Positions 1 through 9,352 of a stretch of 64,000 bases of DNA are shown piece by piece. A program made the translations under genes and the position numbers. Each line of letters begins with the position of its first letter. Position 1 is the first letter of the stretch. The stretch comes from Sphingomonas sp. (GTDB lineage: Bacteria; Pseudomonadota; Alphaproteobacteria; Sphingomonadales; Sphingomonadaceae): positions 963 through 64,962 of the forward strand of contig NZ_JBCNMA010000005.1 of NCBI RefSeq assembly GCF_039595165.1, given 5' to 3'. The notes beneath the pieces were generated by a model. It searched no databases, had not been told where the DNA came from, and saw only the letters and a program-made list of their open reading frames with translations.

Positions 1-100
1 ACAGCGCGAGCGCGGCCAGGATGCCCACCCAGATGAGCAGGCTCTTCATCCAGGGATTGCCGTTGTTCTCGGGGCCCTGCTGCTTGTCGTTGTCGTTCAT
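1..100 (-). CDS. ftsH: ATP-dependent zinc metalloprotease FtsH, first 33 codons only (gene runs off the left edge)
   Basis: ATG at 100-98 preceded by GGAAG. Reverse translation MNDNDKQQGPENNGNPWMKSLLIWVGILAALAL gives a short cytoplasmic tail plus a first TM helix, typical of alphaproteobacterial FtsH. Conserved tilS-ftsH gene order. Not in the ORF track because truncated. Confidence 0.55.
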   Translation of the reverse strand, partial: MNDNDKQQGPENNGNPWMKSLLIWVGILAALAL

Positions 101-170
101 TCCGCTTCCGGTGGCTTGATTCCCCGCCAAGATAGGGTGTGGGAGGTTAATGGCAATGGAACAGCGTCGG

Positions 171-1205
171 TCAGTGCGCGCGGCGCGGCGGGGCCGGGGC
201 GAAGCGCCAGCGGCGGTCGTGCTCGGGCGTGACCAGCACACCGGCCTGAGTGGCCGGCCGTTCCGCTGCCAGCGCATCGAGCAGCGGCTCGATATTGGCC
301 GCGTCGGAGAAGGCGGGGGCGGCGATGCCGTGCGCCGCGCGCGTCTCCGCCACCGCCCGGCGCACCAGCCGCCGCTGCATCTCGCGCGGCAGATCGGCAG
401 CGCGCAGCAGGCCCTTGCCCGGCGCCCAGCGTTCCGCCGCCAGCGTCTCGGCCAGCGCATCCAGCGCCGCCTCGGCCTCGCCCAGATGCGCCGCGGACTG
501 CGCCAGCGCGGCGGGGTCGAGAAGCTGTTGCTGTGCCAGGAAATCGCGGACGCGCGTCCGGTCGTGGCGCGGATCGGCGTTGGTCGGATCGTCGATGTAC
601 GGCACTCCTGCGGCCGCGACCACCTCGTGCAGCGCCGCACGGCGCCAGCCGAGCAGTGGCCGCAGCACCAGGCAATCGCCGGCGAAGCGCCGCGGCCGGA
701 TCCCGCTCAGGCCGGCGACGCCCGACGCACGGTTGAGCCGCATCAGCAGCGTCTCGGCCTGGTCGTCGGCATGATGCGCAGTGAGCAGCGCCGCTGCGCC
801 GATCCCTTCGGCCCAGGTTGCCAACGCCGCATAACGCGCCTCGCGGGCGCGCATCTGTATGCTGCTCCCGGCGATCGGCGCGGCGGGTGCGAGCGTCGCG
901 TGCGGCACGCCGAGCCCGGTACAGACGGCGGCGACCATCGCCGCCTCATCCACCGCTTCGGCGCGCAGGCCGTGGTCGACCGTGGCGGCCGCCACGCGCC
1001 CGGGAAACGCCGCGGCGGCGAGCAACAGCATCGCCATGCTGTCGGCACCACCGGACACGGCGAGCGCGACCGGCGCGCCGTCAGCCGGAACCGCGCCGGC
1101 GCGTTCGTACAGCGCGGTGAAATCCTGCCGAAACCGCTCGACCCATTCGGCGCCGGGCGGCTTCAGCTCACTTGCACTTGCTGGCGGTGCGGCCGGTGGC
1201 GACAT
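171..1205 (-). CDS. tilS: tRNA(Ile)-lysidine synthetase
   Basis: 344-aa ORF. PP-loop motif SGGADS in VALAVSGGADSMAMLLL. Lies directly upstream of ftsH. The 5' end overlaps the ybgF stop by 38 nt, so the exact start is uncertain. Confidence 0.85.
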   Translation of the reverse strand: MSPPAAPPASASELKPPGAEWVERFRQDFTALYERAGAVPADGAPVALAVSGGADSMAMLLLAAAAFPGRVAAATVDHGLRAEAVDEAAMVAAVCTGLGVPHATLAPAAPIAGSSIQMRAREARYAALATWAEGIGAAALLTAHHADDQAETLLMRLNRASGVAGLSGIRPRRFAGDCLVLRPLLGWRRAALHEVVAAAGVPYIDDPTNADPRHDRTRVRDFLAQQQLLDPAALAQSAAHLGEAEAALDALAETLAAERWAPGKGLLRAADLPREMQRRLVRRAVAETRAAHGIAAPAFSDAANIEPLLDALAAERPATQAGVLVTPEHDRRWRFAPAPPRRAH

Positions 1206-2052
1206 CCATTTTCATCGCATCGGAGAGGCGGTCGCCATAAACCTGGCTGAGCTCGTCATAGACCTTGCACACCTCGCCCGCCGGCTTCTTCATCTTCACC
1301 AGCGCCTGGGCGAGATAATAGAGCGAATCCGGCGCGCGCTCGCCGTTCGGCATCTTCTGGTAGCTCTCGAAAAAGGCGGTGGCGGCGAGCGCCGGCTTGC
1401 CCTGGTCGAGCAAAGCGCGGCCGAGCAGGTTCTGCGCATAGCTGGCGCGGCGGTGCTTGGGATATTTCTGGACGACCGCGCGCAGCTCGGGAATCGCCTT
1501 GTCGTACTGCTTCGCCTGCCACAGGCGATAGCCGTAGATATAGCCGTCCTCGGCGGGATCGTCGCTCTTCGGCCGGTCGACGCTCGCAGTGGGCGTCGCC
1601 GGGCCACCGACCGCGGGGCGTGCGGGGCCGGTCACCGGCTCCTCGACTTCGGCCGGCGCGGCGCCCGCTTCGAGCACCTTGAGGCGCGCATCGGTCGCGC
1701 GCTTGTAGGCGTTGAACGCTTCTTCGAGCTGGCGCACGCGATACTGGGTCTGCTCGATCTGCCCGGTCATCGACGACAATTGCGATTCCACCGCGCTGAC
1801 GCGGGCGTTGAGGTCGGCAACCACGCTCGTCGCGGGCAGGCCGGGCGCGCCCTGGGGCTGCTGCGGCGCGGTGATCTGCGGCTCGATCGTCTGGCCGGCG
1901 CCGCCCGGGAAGACCTTGCGCTGCACCGCGCGCATCTCGCGCTCGAGCCGGTCGACCCGGCCCTCGATCCCGTCCCCGCGGCTGGTCTGCGCCGCCGCCG
2001 GCATCACCGCCGCGAGCGCGGCCACCGCCGCCAATGTTCCAATCAAACGCAT
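1168..2052 (-). CDS. ybgF: Tol-Pal system periplasmic protein YbgF/CpoB (coiled coil + TPR)
   Basis: Start taken at ATG 2052 (GGGGA 6 nt upstream). The track ORF extends to 2094. Signal peptide MRLIGTLAAVAALAAVMPAAAQ, coiled-coil segment (RVDRLEREMRAVQRKV, QLSSMTGQIEQTQYRVRQLEE) and C-terminal TPR-like repeats (YGYRLWQAKQYDKAIPELRAVVQKYPKH). Confidence 0.8.
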   Translation of the reverse strand: MRLIGTLAAVAALAAVMPAAAQTSRGDGIEGRVDRLEREMRAVQRKVFPGGAGQTIEPQITAPQQPQGAPGLPATSVVADLNARVSAVESQLSSMTGQIEQTQYRVRQLEEAFNAYKRATDARLKVLEAGAAPAEVEEPVTGPARPAVGGPATPTASVDRPKSDDPAEDGYIYGYRLWQAKQYDKAIPELRAVVQKYPKHRRASYAQNLLGRALLDQGKPALAATAFFESYQKMPNGERAPDSLYYLAQALVKMKKPAGEVCKVYDELSQVYGDRLSDAMKMDVATGRTASKCK

Positions 2053-2118
2053 CGAAGTCCCCGCAGGCGTAAACATCCTCAACGCCTTATACATGATATG
2101 CCGAATCTGTCGCCACGC

Positions 2119-3018
2119 TTAAGGCGTGGTGGCGTTTCCGGCGGACGGTTCGGGTTCGAAGGCGGGCTGGAAGGCGGGGTCGGTACCCCGCGCGGGCCCC
2201 GAGGGGGCAGCCGCGGCCGGAGCCGCCGGCTGTGGCGCAGCGCCGGCGGCACTCCGCGCGCGCAGCGCCTCGGCGCTGATCGGCACGTCCTTGATCGCGC
2301 GGCCGGGCTGGCCGAGCGGCGCGACGTCGGACCCGTTGATCGTCACGCGGATCGCCTCGGGCCGGCCGAGATTGATCATCGGGCCATTGGCGGTGGCGGG
2401 CACGTCGTAGCGTTCGCCCACTGCCATCTCCTTCTCGAACAGCCGCTGGCCGCCCGCGTCGTAGATGCGCAGCCAGACCGGCTGGGTCGCGGTCAGCGTC
2501 ACCTGCCCGCCATTCGCCGGCGCCGGCGCGGGCGAGGGCTCGGCCGCCGGTCCGGCGACGGCGGGCGCCTCGGTCGGCGCCGGCTCGGGCTCGCCGCCGC
2601 TGCGGAATAGATCGGTGCCGTACCAGATCACCACCGCGATCACGACCAGCGCGGCGATCACCGCACCGCCCCAGGCCAGGCTGCTCGGCGGTTCGCGCAC
2701 CGGATCCTGGGGATCGTAGCTCTCATAGACCTCGCGCGCGGCGAACAGGCTCTCGGTCTCGCTGCGCAATTCTCGCGCCAGCGCGACCTCGTCGGCGCCG
2801 ACGGCGCGGGCATAGGCCTTGACGAAGCCCACCGCATAGGTCGGCGAGGGCAGGCCCGAATAGTCCGAATTCTCGATCGCCTGGAGGTGGCGCAGCGGCA
2901 CGCGGGTGCGTCCGGCGATGTCGGACAGTTCGAGTCCCTGCGCCAGCCGCGCATCGCGCAGCTTCTCCCCGACCTTCTCGGGGAAGAGCGTCGGGTTCTC
3001 GCCGGGTTCGCCGTCCAT
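2119..3018 (-). CDS. rodZ: RodZ-like cytoskeleton protein (XRE-type HTH, one TM helix, DUF4115-like C-terminal domain)
   Basis: N-terminal HTH (VGEKLRDARLAQGLELSDIAGRTRVPLRHLQAIENSDY), TM helix AWGGAVIAALVVIAVVIWYG, Pro/Ala-rich linker, C-terminal beta domain (VTLTATQPVWLRIYDAGGQRLFEKEMAVGERYDVP). Confidence 0.7.
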   Translation of the reverse strand: MDGEPGENPTLFPEKVGEKLRDARLAQGLELSDIAGRTRVPLRHLQAIENSDYSGLPSPTYAVGFVKAYARAVGADEVALARELRSETESLFAAREVYESYDPQDPVREPPSSLAWGGAVIAALVVIAVVIWYGTDLFRSGGEPEPAPTEAPAVAGPAAEPSPAPAPANGGQVTLTATQPVWLRIYDAGGQRLFEKEMAVGERYDVPATANGPMINLGRPEAIRVTINGSDVAPLGQPGRAIKDVPISAEALRARSAAGAAPQPAAPAAAAPSGPARGTDPAFQPAFEPEPSAGNATTP

Positions 3019-3164
3019 TCAATCCACTCCGGTCGCGAGGCCTGGGGAGGGGAGGCAGGCCCGCGCGTGCGGTGTCCAACACCGCACCCCCCGCTGTCAA
3101 CGTTGGCGGAGGGAAAAAGGGTCTGTTTCAGCGAAGCTGAAACGTCGCGGCACCGGCCCGCTCC

Positions 3165-3212
3165 CCCAACCCGGCCACCCATATGATGCTGCCGCTGGGT
3201 GGCCGGGTGGGG
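3165..3212. other. Long GC-rich hairpin (12-bp perfect stem, 15/16 overall, 16-nt loop) in the tetR-rodZ spacer
   Basis: CCCAACCCGGCCACCC (3165-3180) pairs with GGGTGGCCGGGTGGGG (3197-3212). Two smaller hairpins lie just upstream: GTGCGGTGT/ACACCGCAC around 3066-3087 and GTTTCAGC-gaa-GCTGAAAC at 3125-3143. No adjacent T-run, so it is not a canonical terminator. Confidence 0.4.
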
Positions 3213-3415
3213 GGCGGGCAGCGATCGTTCGATAGCCAGGACGCTAGGCCGTCGGCCTGGCGCCCTACTTGCCGCCATTCGGACGGCCGCCGGAAAATCT
3301 CGAAAGCCGTCGTTTGTTCAATCATGGTTCCGGCGATAGCTATTGGGAGGTAGCTGTCGGATGACCGCTCCCCGCGAAACAGATTGGCAACCGACATTCG
3401 CACAGCCGGACGTTG

Positions 3416-4033
3416 TTAAGATCTGGTCACGGGCAGTTCGGATAGAATCCGAGCCATCTGTGCTCGCATCGTGCCGGTCGGCAGATTAAGCATCTCGCGC
3501 AGATATGGGCCGATCACCGCGTCGCCAAACGCGCCGATCGTCAGTAAATACACAAGCTGCGCGCTGGGACGATCAGCGCCGGTTCGACCGACCTCGCCAT
3601 CAAGCGCGGCAGCGAGTGCGCGAACGGCTTCACGAAGCGGTTCAAGCTGAGCACCATCACCGGCAAGAACGGTCCATGCGGCAGCTTGGCCGGCGGCGGC
3701 CTCATCGAAAAGGTCGAAAATGTGAGCTGGCAGCGAACTCTGCGCCTCCGCGTCGCTGCGGACGCCTGAGGCTGTCCGGCCAAACCCCATTGCAAGCTCG
3801 GTAATGATCGTCCGCGTCAGCGTCGATTGCAGCGTGGCTGCGGATCCGAAATGATAAAGCAGCGCGGTGCGCGAAGCGTCAATGCGCTCCGCCACATTGG
3901 CGATCGTGACGGCCCCCGGGCCGCCTTGCACAAGAAGCCATCGAGCGGCATCGAGCGCTTCCCGGCGAAGCTGCGCGCCAGGCCGTCGTCTGCGCCGCTC
4001 CAGCCGAACCGTGCGGTCTGCCCAATGCGACAT
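3416..4033 (-). CDS. TetR family transcriptional regulator
   Basis: Start taken at ATG 4033 (MSHWADRT...). The track ORF starts at 4123. TetR-type HTH: GAVTIANVAERIDASRTALLYHFGS. Confidence 0.8.
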   Translation of the reverse strand: MSHWADRTVRLERRRRRPGAQLRREALDAARWLLVQGGPGAVTIANVAERIDASRTALLYHFGSAATLQSTLTRTIITELAMGFGRTASGVRSDAEAQSSLPAHIFDLFDEAAAGQAAAWTVLAGDGAQLEPLREAVRALAAALDGEVGRTGADRPSAQLVYLLTIGAFGDAVIGPYLREMLNLPTGTMRAQMARILSELPVTRS

Positions 4034-4159
4034 GCCTCGTGCGCTCCTGGACTGCGGTACGGTCTCTCTCGAACATTCGGGATCGACCTGAAGGCGGAAA
4101 ATTGGAGGGTGACGAGACGTCACCCTCCGGAGGCGCTTCCCCAGAGCGGAGACGGGAGG

Positions 4160-7100
4160 TCAGAATCCCTTGCGAACCGAGAAGCCGATGATGCGTGGAT
4201 CGAGCGTGAAGATATTGGTGGTCATGCCGGTCGAGTCCGAGTTGAGAAACGCATCGGTGATCGGCGTGTTGTCGAAGATATTCTTCGCGTAAACCTGAAC
4301 CGCCAGGTCGTGCTTCGGCACCTCGAGCGTCAGTGACAGGTTCGCATTCTCCCAGCCGCGCAGCCGGTCCGACTCCAGATTATAGACACGCGCGAAGCTG
4401 TCCGATTGGCGGTAGTAATCGCCGCGCAGGGTAATCTCCATGTCGCCGAGCGGCAGTGTGTACTGCGCGCCGATGTTGAAGGTCAGGTGCGGCGCGTTGG
4501 GCAGCTCGTTGCCCGACAGATCGTCGTAGAAGCCCGCGCCGTTGTTGATTTCGGGAAAGTCGGCCGGATTGAAGCCGTAGAGCGGAGCCTGAATGCCATT
4601 GGGGTCGCCGGAATAGATCGTACAAGCCTGCACGATCGGCGAGAAGGCTTCGAAACCGGGTATCGGGAACAGGCCGTCGTCGAGGTACCGGGCGACAAGC
4701 CAGGTCGGCACGATGCAGTTGGACGTCTGCTGGATCCACGGCGTCACGACCATCCAGTCGGGGTTGCCGAGGTTGCGGTTGAAGATGTCGATCGACTTCT
4801 CGCCGTCACCGATACGGGTGTCCAGATAGCCGATATTGGCGTTGAGACGCAGGCGTGGCGTGACGTTCCATACCGCCTCCGCTTCCAGGCTCCAGATCTC
4901 GGCGTTGAAATTCTCGTTGACGATCGTTCGATCGACCACCTTGGAGACCTGATAGTCCTTATACTTGTAATAGGTGGCGGTGGCATTCAGCGAGAGCTTT
5001 CCGTCGAGCAGTATATTCTTCGTGCCGATCTCATAGGCATCGACATATTCAGGGTCGAACAGCGGGGGGACTTCGCTGCTGATATAGCGTTCGTCGTTAT
5101 ATTGCGCGCGGGGCGGGTTGGCGCCGCCGCCCTTGTAGCCGTGCGAATAGAAAGCGTAGATCATCGTGTCGTCGGTGAACCCGAGCTCCGGTTTCCAGTC
5201 GATCCCGAACCGGCCGGTGAACTCCTTCCACGACTGGTCGATCGGGGCTTCCGGCCCATATTCGTATCCGGGCCCCTCGGCCTCCTGATCAAAGGGAGAC
5301 GTCCGGCCGGCCACCAGCAACTGGCTGGGAAATGGCACGAAGCGCTTGCGATCGTGGGTGAAGCGCAAGCCGCCGGTAACCTTCAGCTTCGGGGTCACGT
5401 TCCAATAAATCTCGCCGAACGCGGCGGTGGACTCCAACTCATAGGGGTTCTGGTTGCGAAAATAATTGTGCCCGTCGCCGGTCAGGCTGCCGATCGGATT
5501 CGTATCGATATGCATGCAATTCTGTGCACCCGCACCGCCAGTGCAAATTGCCTGGTCGTTCGACCGATTGTAGAAGCCTTGGGCGATGAGGGTGACGACA
5601 TTGTAGAATAGATAATAATCGTTCAGCCCCTCGAACCAGAGATAATTGCCACCCAGGCTGAAGTTCACCGGACCGTCGAAGCTCGACTGCAGCCGGATCT
5701 CCTGCGAGAACTGCTTGCTCTTGCTCGAAGAAATCTCGAACCCGGCGATGGTGTCGCTGCAACCGATCTGCGGGTCACAGAATATCCCGCCCGGCGTAAT
5801 GGCGGCAAGGTCGCTCGGTAACAGGCGATCTGCCGGGTTGTTGAAAATATCTCCGGTAAAACCGTTGTAAACCTCGCCGGCGGAGTCGTTGAAGATCGGA
5901 CGAGTGGCGAAACGATTATAATCCTGGAGCGAGTAGACCTCGTCCTTGTTGTACAGGGTCTGCCAGCTGAAGCTCAGATCGTCGGTGAGATTCACGTCGA
6001 AATCGAGCGTGAAGATGTCGGCCTTGGCGCGATATTCGCCGTCGCGGATCGATTCGATCTCACGCAAATTCCGTGACTGCTCGACGCCGAATGGATCGAG
6101 TCCTCGCTTCAGGAAGCTGACGCGAGGCGTGAAGAACCCGAGATCAGGATCGTACGGCTGAGCATAGCCCAGAAAACCCAGATACTGGCCCGCGACCACG
6201 AAGGGGATACTGTTGCCGTTGGGCGCGCCGAACGCCGCATCGTCGTAGAGCGATCCCTGCTTGCATCCCTGGCTGAGCCGCTGAAGGAGCAATGGATCGA
6301 CATTGGTGGTCGTGCCCGGTACCGAGCTAGGGCCCGGATCGCGGTGGCAAAGCTGCTTGCCGGTGCGCAAGCGGCGGTCGTCCTCCTCGAAATGCTCCCA
6401 GGTGAGGCGCAGGTTGAAGCGGTCATCGGGCCTGAAGCCTAGCGTCACGCGCGTCGACCAGAGATCGCGGTCGTCGACATCGTTGCCGGTGGTCAGGTTG
6501 ACGCCATAGCCGCTGCGCTTGGTCATCGCGCCGGCCGCGCGGAGCGCCAGCGTATCGCCGATCGGCAGGTTGACGAAGCCCGATAGGCGGCGGGTGTCGT
6601 AGCTGCCGATCTCGCCCTTGATCTCGGCGTCGAAGGCGTCGAACCGGGGGCGCGCGGTGATCAGGTTGATGACGCCGGCAGTGGCGTTGCGGCCGTAGAG
6701 CGTACCTTGCGGCCCGCGCAGCACCTCGACTCGTTCGATATCGAAATATTCCTGCTCGAACAGACGGTTGCGGATGAGCGCGACATTGTTGAAGCTGACC
6801 GCCACGCCCGGGTCGCTGGTCGCCGAGACCGCCTTCGTGCCGATGCCGCGGATTGAGAAGTTATAGCCCGAATAGTTGGACTTGGAGAAAGTGACGTTGG
6901 GGATCGCCTTCATCAGGTCGAAGCCGCCCTCGACCTTCTGCTCGTCAAGCGTCTTGCGCGAGAAGGCGCTGATCGCGATCGGCACGTCCTGAATCGATTC
7001 CTCGCGCTTCTGCGCAGTGACGATGATCTCCTCGGTCTGGTAGTCGTCATTCTGACCGGTCTCCGAGATCCGGGGCGGCGCAGGGGCCTGGTTCGTCTGG

Positions 7101-7441
7101 ACTGCTGCCGGCGCGGCAATGATCGTCACGATGCCGCCGGCTGCAGAGCCTTGTGCCGTGAGCCCAGTGCCTGCGAGGAGCAGGCGCAGGGCGTTGCCGA
7201 CCGAGTGTTGCCCGCGTACGGCGTTGGTGCGCTTGCCGCGTACGGTCACCCCGCTGGCGATGATCTGCACGCCGGCCTGCTTGGCGAATGCGGGAATGCC
7301 GACTTCGGCGGCCTGGGCGGGCAGGTTGAACTGCCGCGTCTGCGCCGCGGCGTCCACCGGACAGACGATCGCCGCCGTCGCGAATGCCGCAGCGCCCGAC
7401 AGCATGCGGGCACGAGTAATCGATCGGCGAAATGTCCGCAT
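4160..7441 (-). CDS. TonB-dependent receptor with N-terminal STN signalling domain (FecA-like transducer)
   Basis: Start taken at ATG 7441 (AGGAGAGG about 8 nt upstream). Signal peptide ends AAAQ. STN domain (FNLPAQAAEVGIPAFAKQAGVQII...ALRLLLAGTGLTA), plug (EEIIVTAQKREESIQDVPIAISAF), long barrel, terminal ...SVRKGF. Confidence 0.9.
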   Translation of the reverse strand: MRTFRRSITRARMLSGAAAFATAAIVCPVDAAAQTRQFNLPAQAAEVGIPAFAKQAGVQIIASGVTVRGKRTNAVRGQHSVGNALRLLLAGTGLTAQGSAAGGIVTIIAAPAAVQTNQAPAPPRISETGQNDDYQTEEIIVTAQKREESIQDVPIAISAFSRKTLDEQKVEGGFDLMKAIPNVTFSKSNYSGYNFSIRGIGTKAVSATSDPGVAVSFNNVALIRNRLFEQEYFDIERVEVLRGPQGTLYGRNATAGVINLITARPRFDAFDAEIKGEIGSYDTRRLSGFVNLPIGDTLALRAAGAMTKRSGYGVNLTTGNDVDDRDLWSTRVTLGFRPDDRFNLRLTWEHFEEDDRRLRTGKQLCHRDPGPSSVPGTTTNVDPLLLQRLSQGCKQGSLYDDAAFGAPNGNSIPFVVAGQYLGFLGYAQPYDPDLGFFTPRVSFLKRGLDPFGVEQSRNLREIESIRDGEYRAKADIFTLDFDVNLTDDLSFSWQTLYNKDEVYSLQDYNRFATRPIFNDSAGEVYNGFTGDIFNNPADRLLPSDLAAITPGGIFCDPQIGCSDTIAGFEISSSKSKQFSQEIRLQSSFDGPVNFSLGGNYLWFEGLNDYYLFYNVVTLIAQGFYNRSNDQAICTGGAGAQNCMHIDTNPIGSLTGDGHNYFRNQNPYELESTAAFGEIYWNVTPKLKVTGGLRFTHDRKRFVPFPSQLLVAGRTSPFDQEAEGPGYEYGPEAPIDQSWKEFTGRFGIDWKPELGFTDDTMIYAFYSHGYKGGGANPPRAQYNDERYISSEVPPLFDPEYVDAYEIGTKNILLDGKLSLNATATYYKYKDYQVSKVVDRTIVNENFNAEIWSLEAEAVWNVTPRLRLNANIGYLDTRIGDGEKSIDIFNRNLGNPDWMVVTPWIQQTSNCIVPTWLVARYLDDGLFPIPGFEAFSPIVQACTIYSGDPNGIQAPLYGFNPADFPEINNGAGFYDDLSGNELPNAPHLTFNIGAQYTLPLGDMEITLRGDYYRQSDSFARVYNLESDRLRGWENANLSLTLEVPKHDLAVQVYAKNIFDNTPITDAFLNSDSTGMTTNIFTLDPRIIGFSVRKGF

Positions 7442-7493
7442 CCCCCAGTCCTCTCCTGCTTTTCGAGGCATTCTTCATGTCCTCGTTAAGAAG

Positions 7494-7519
7494 ATAGGAT
7501 GCTCAGCCGATCGATTTCC
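7494..7519 (-). promoter_or_regulatory. Candidate ECF (FecI-type) promoter for the STN-TBDR
   Basis: Minus strand reads GGAAAT (7519-7514), 14 nt, TCCTAT (7499-7494), about 55 nt upstream of the receptor ATG. It lies in an AT-rich spacer after the fecR-like stop. Eyeball match only. Confidence 0.3.
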
Positions 7520-7547
7520 GATGACTGATCAACAAAAAAATCGAGTC

Positions 7548-8543
7548 TCATTTTTCAGCTGACAGAAGGCGTATCTCATCACCTTGCGATTCAACTCGGC
7601 CGCCAACGATTCCGGCGACCGCACGAGCGAATTCAGCTGGTTCGCCGGTACGGAAATATCCGACGATCGGGGTGCGTCCGATCGCGGGATCGATCACCAC
7701 GATCCTGCGGCGATTGTAGCGGTTCAACTCTTCCACGGCATAAGACAGTGGCTCGCCGTTGAGCGCCAGTTCGCCGTTACGCCAAGCAAGCGCTCGCTCG
7801 ATCTCGGGCTCGGCGGCGACTGCGATGAGGGGAGACGCCTCGGCCGAGACGAAGCTGCGCTGGCCGCTGCGGATGCGGATGCGCGCTTGCGGATCGCTCG
7901 CGCGCCAAGCCTCGACGGCGCCCTCGGTAACCAGCACGTCGATTCCGTTGGCATGGCGGCGGACGGAGAAGGCGGTGCCGACCGCGCGAACGAGGACATC
8001 GCCCGCTTCGACCAGGAATGGCCGCCTGGTGTCGTGCGCAACCTCGAACCAGACTTCGCCTTCCTGGACTCGAATCTCGCGGCGTTCGGGCCTCATCGCC
8101 ACCGCGATACGGCTCGCGGTGTTCACCGTGGCGGTCGAGCCGTCGGCGAGCGGTACTCGCCGGACTTCGCCGACCGCTGTCGAATATCCCTCGCGCGGCG
8201 AGGCGAGAATGACCCCGAGCAATCCGGCGGCGGCCGCGGCGATGCCGACGCCGCCGGCGGCGATTATCGTGCGCCGGCTCACATGTGCGGGTTCAGCCTG
8301 TGCGTCGGTCTCCGGCTCCTCCGGCGCGCGCAGCGCCCGGCCACGATCCAGATAGACGAGCACGGCCTCCGCACGAAGCAAGGCGCCCTTGCGTCGTTCG
8401 TCGCCAGCAAGCCACGCGTCGAACGCGGCCTGGTCCTCGGGCGTCAGCGGACGAGCGTCGCGGCGGATTGCCCAGCGCGCTGCCTCGCCCTCATCGCTTT
8501 CGTCGTGCACCATTCGATCGTCCATTCGTCCTGGCCGGGACAT
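7548..8543 (-). CDS. FecR family anti-sigma factor / signal transducer
   Basis: N-terminal anti-sigma segment (AARWAIRRDARPLTPEDQAAFDAWLAGDERRKGALLRAEAV), single TM helix (IIAAGGVGIAAAAAGLLGVILA), periplasmic FecR domain. Lies between the ECF sigma and STN-TBDR genes. The start may be an internal ATG at 8525 or 8513. Confidence 0.85.
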   Translation of the reverse strand: MSRPGRMDDRMVHDESDEGEAARWAIRRDARPLTPEDQAAFDAWLAGDERRKGALLRAEAVLVYLDRGRALRAPEEPETDAQAEPAHVSRRTIIAAGGVGIAAAAAGLLGVILASPREGYSTAVGEVRRVPLADGSTATVNTASRIAVAMRPERREIRVQEGEVWFEVAHDTRRPFLVEAGDVLVRAVGTAFSVRRHANGIDVLVTEGAVEAWRASDPQARIRIRSGQRSFVSAEASPLIAVAAEPEIERALAWRNGELALNGEPLSYAVEELNRYNRRRIVVIDPAIGRTPIVGYFRTGEPAEFARAVAGIVGGRVESQGDEIRLLSAEK

Positions 8544-9078
8544 CCTCGCCGTCCTCCTCGGCGATCGCCCGCATGATCAGCTTCAGCCCCCGCACCGCTT
8601 GCTGTTCTATGGTATGCTCCGGGAGGTTCATCCGCTTCGCGATCTCACGCTGCGGTACGCCCTGCACGCGGCGCAGCTCGAAAATCTCACGGCACCGGTC
8701 GGGAAGGCCGTCTATCAGCCGCCGCACGCGTTCGAGCTCGCGCCGCCCGCCGACATTGCGCTCGGGCCCGGGCGCGTCGTCCTCCTGGGTCAGCAAATGC
8801 AGATCGGTCAAGCTGTCGATCCGCACCAGCTTGTCGCGCCGGATGCGCTGCAGCAGCACCGATCGCGCAGCGGTGAAGAGATAGGCTCGGCCATCGCGGA
8901 TATGCGTCACGCTATCGAGGCGCGCGAGACATAGATAAGTATCCTGCACGATGTCGTCGATCTGGTCGCTCGAAGCGACCATTCGCCGCAAATGGGTGCG
9001 CAGCGCTGCCTCGTGCGGAAGCACGTTGCTTGCGATCCAGACCAATATCTCTTCGCGGCTCTGCGCCAACTCGGCCAA
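8491..9078 (-). CDS. ECF RNA polymerase sigma factor (FecI-like)
   Basis: Region 2 (REEILVWIASNVLPHEAALRTHLRRM...IVQDTYLCL) and region 4 HTH (LPDRCREIFELRRVQGVPQREIAKRMNLPEHTIEQQAVRGL). The track ORF runs to 9189. I prefer a TTG at 9078 or 9069, just after AAGGGGGG, so the start is uncertain. Confidence 0.8.
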   Translation of the reverse strand: MAELAQSREEILVWIASNVLPHEAALRTHLRRMVASSDQIDDIVQDTYLCLARLDSVTHIRDGRAYLFTAARSVLLQRIRRDKLVRIDSLTDLHLLTQEDDAPGPERNVGGRRELERVRRLIDGLPDRCREIFELRRVQGVPQREIAKRMNLPEHTIEQQAVRGLKLIMRAIAEEDGEDVPARTNGRSNGARRKR

Positions 9079-9352
9079 GCCCCCCTTTTCCGATATAGTC
9101 AGATCTTTAGATGCGCGGCCAAGGCGTTTCCGACGATTAGCGAGATCATCGGGGCAGCACGACGCTTGATATCGATCACAGCACAGCACGGATCGCCGTC
9201 TCGCTCATTCGCGGCGCGGTCGAAGTCCGCCACTGGCGTCCGGCGATCCGGCGCGTTCAAAGCGCGATCCCGACCCGCTCGCCGCGATGATCGCGGCGAC
9301 GAACAATTGCGACTAATTCCGAGTTCATTGGTTGGAAGCGCCGGAGGTCCCG

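Noticed and set aside
859-2610. 583-aa ORF on the plus strand spanning tilS/ybgF/rodZ antisense
   Set aside because: It is Arg/Ala/Gly-rich low-complexity translation with no RBS or recognisable motif. It lies antisense to three well-supported genes, which is a typical high-GC open-frame artefact. The same reasoning applies to 97-675, 150-1250 and 250-774.
3128-3403. 91-aa ORF on the minus strand in the tetR-rodZ spacer
   Set aside because: It has no RBS, and the translation runs through the large hairpin. Its composition is not protein-like, and it is probably non-coding.
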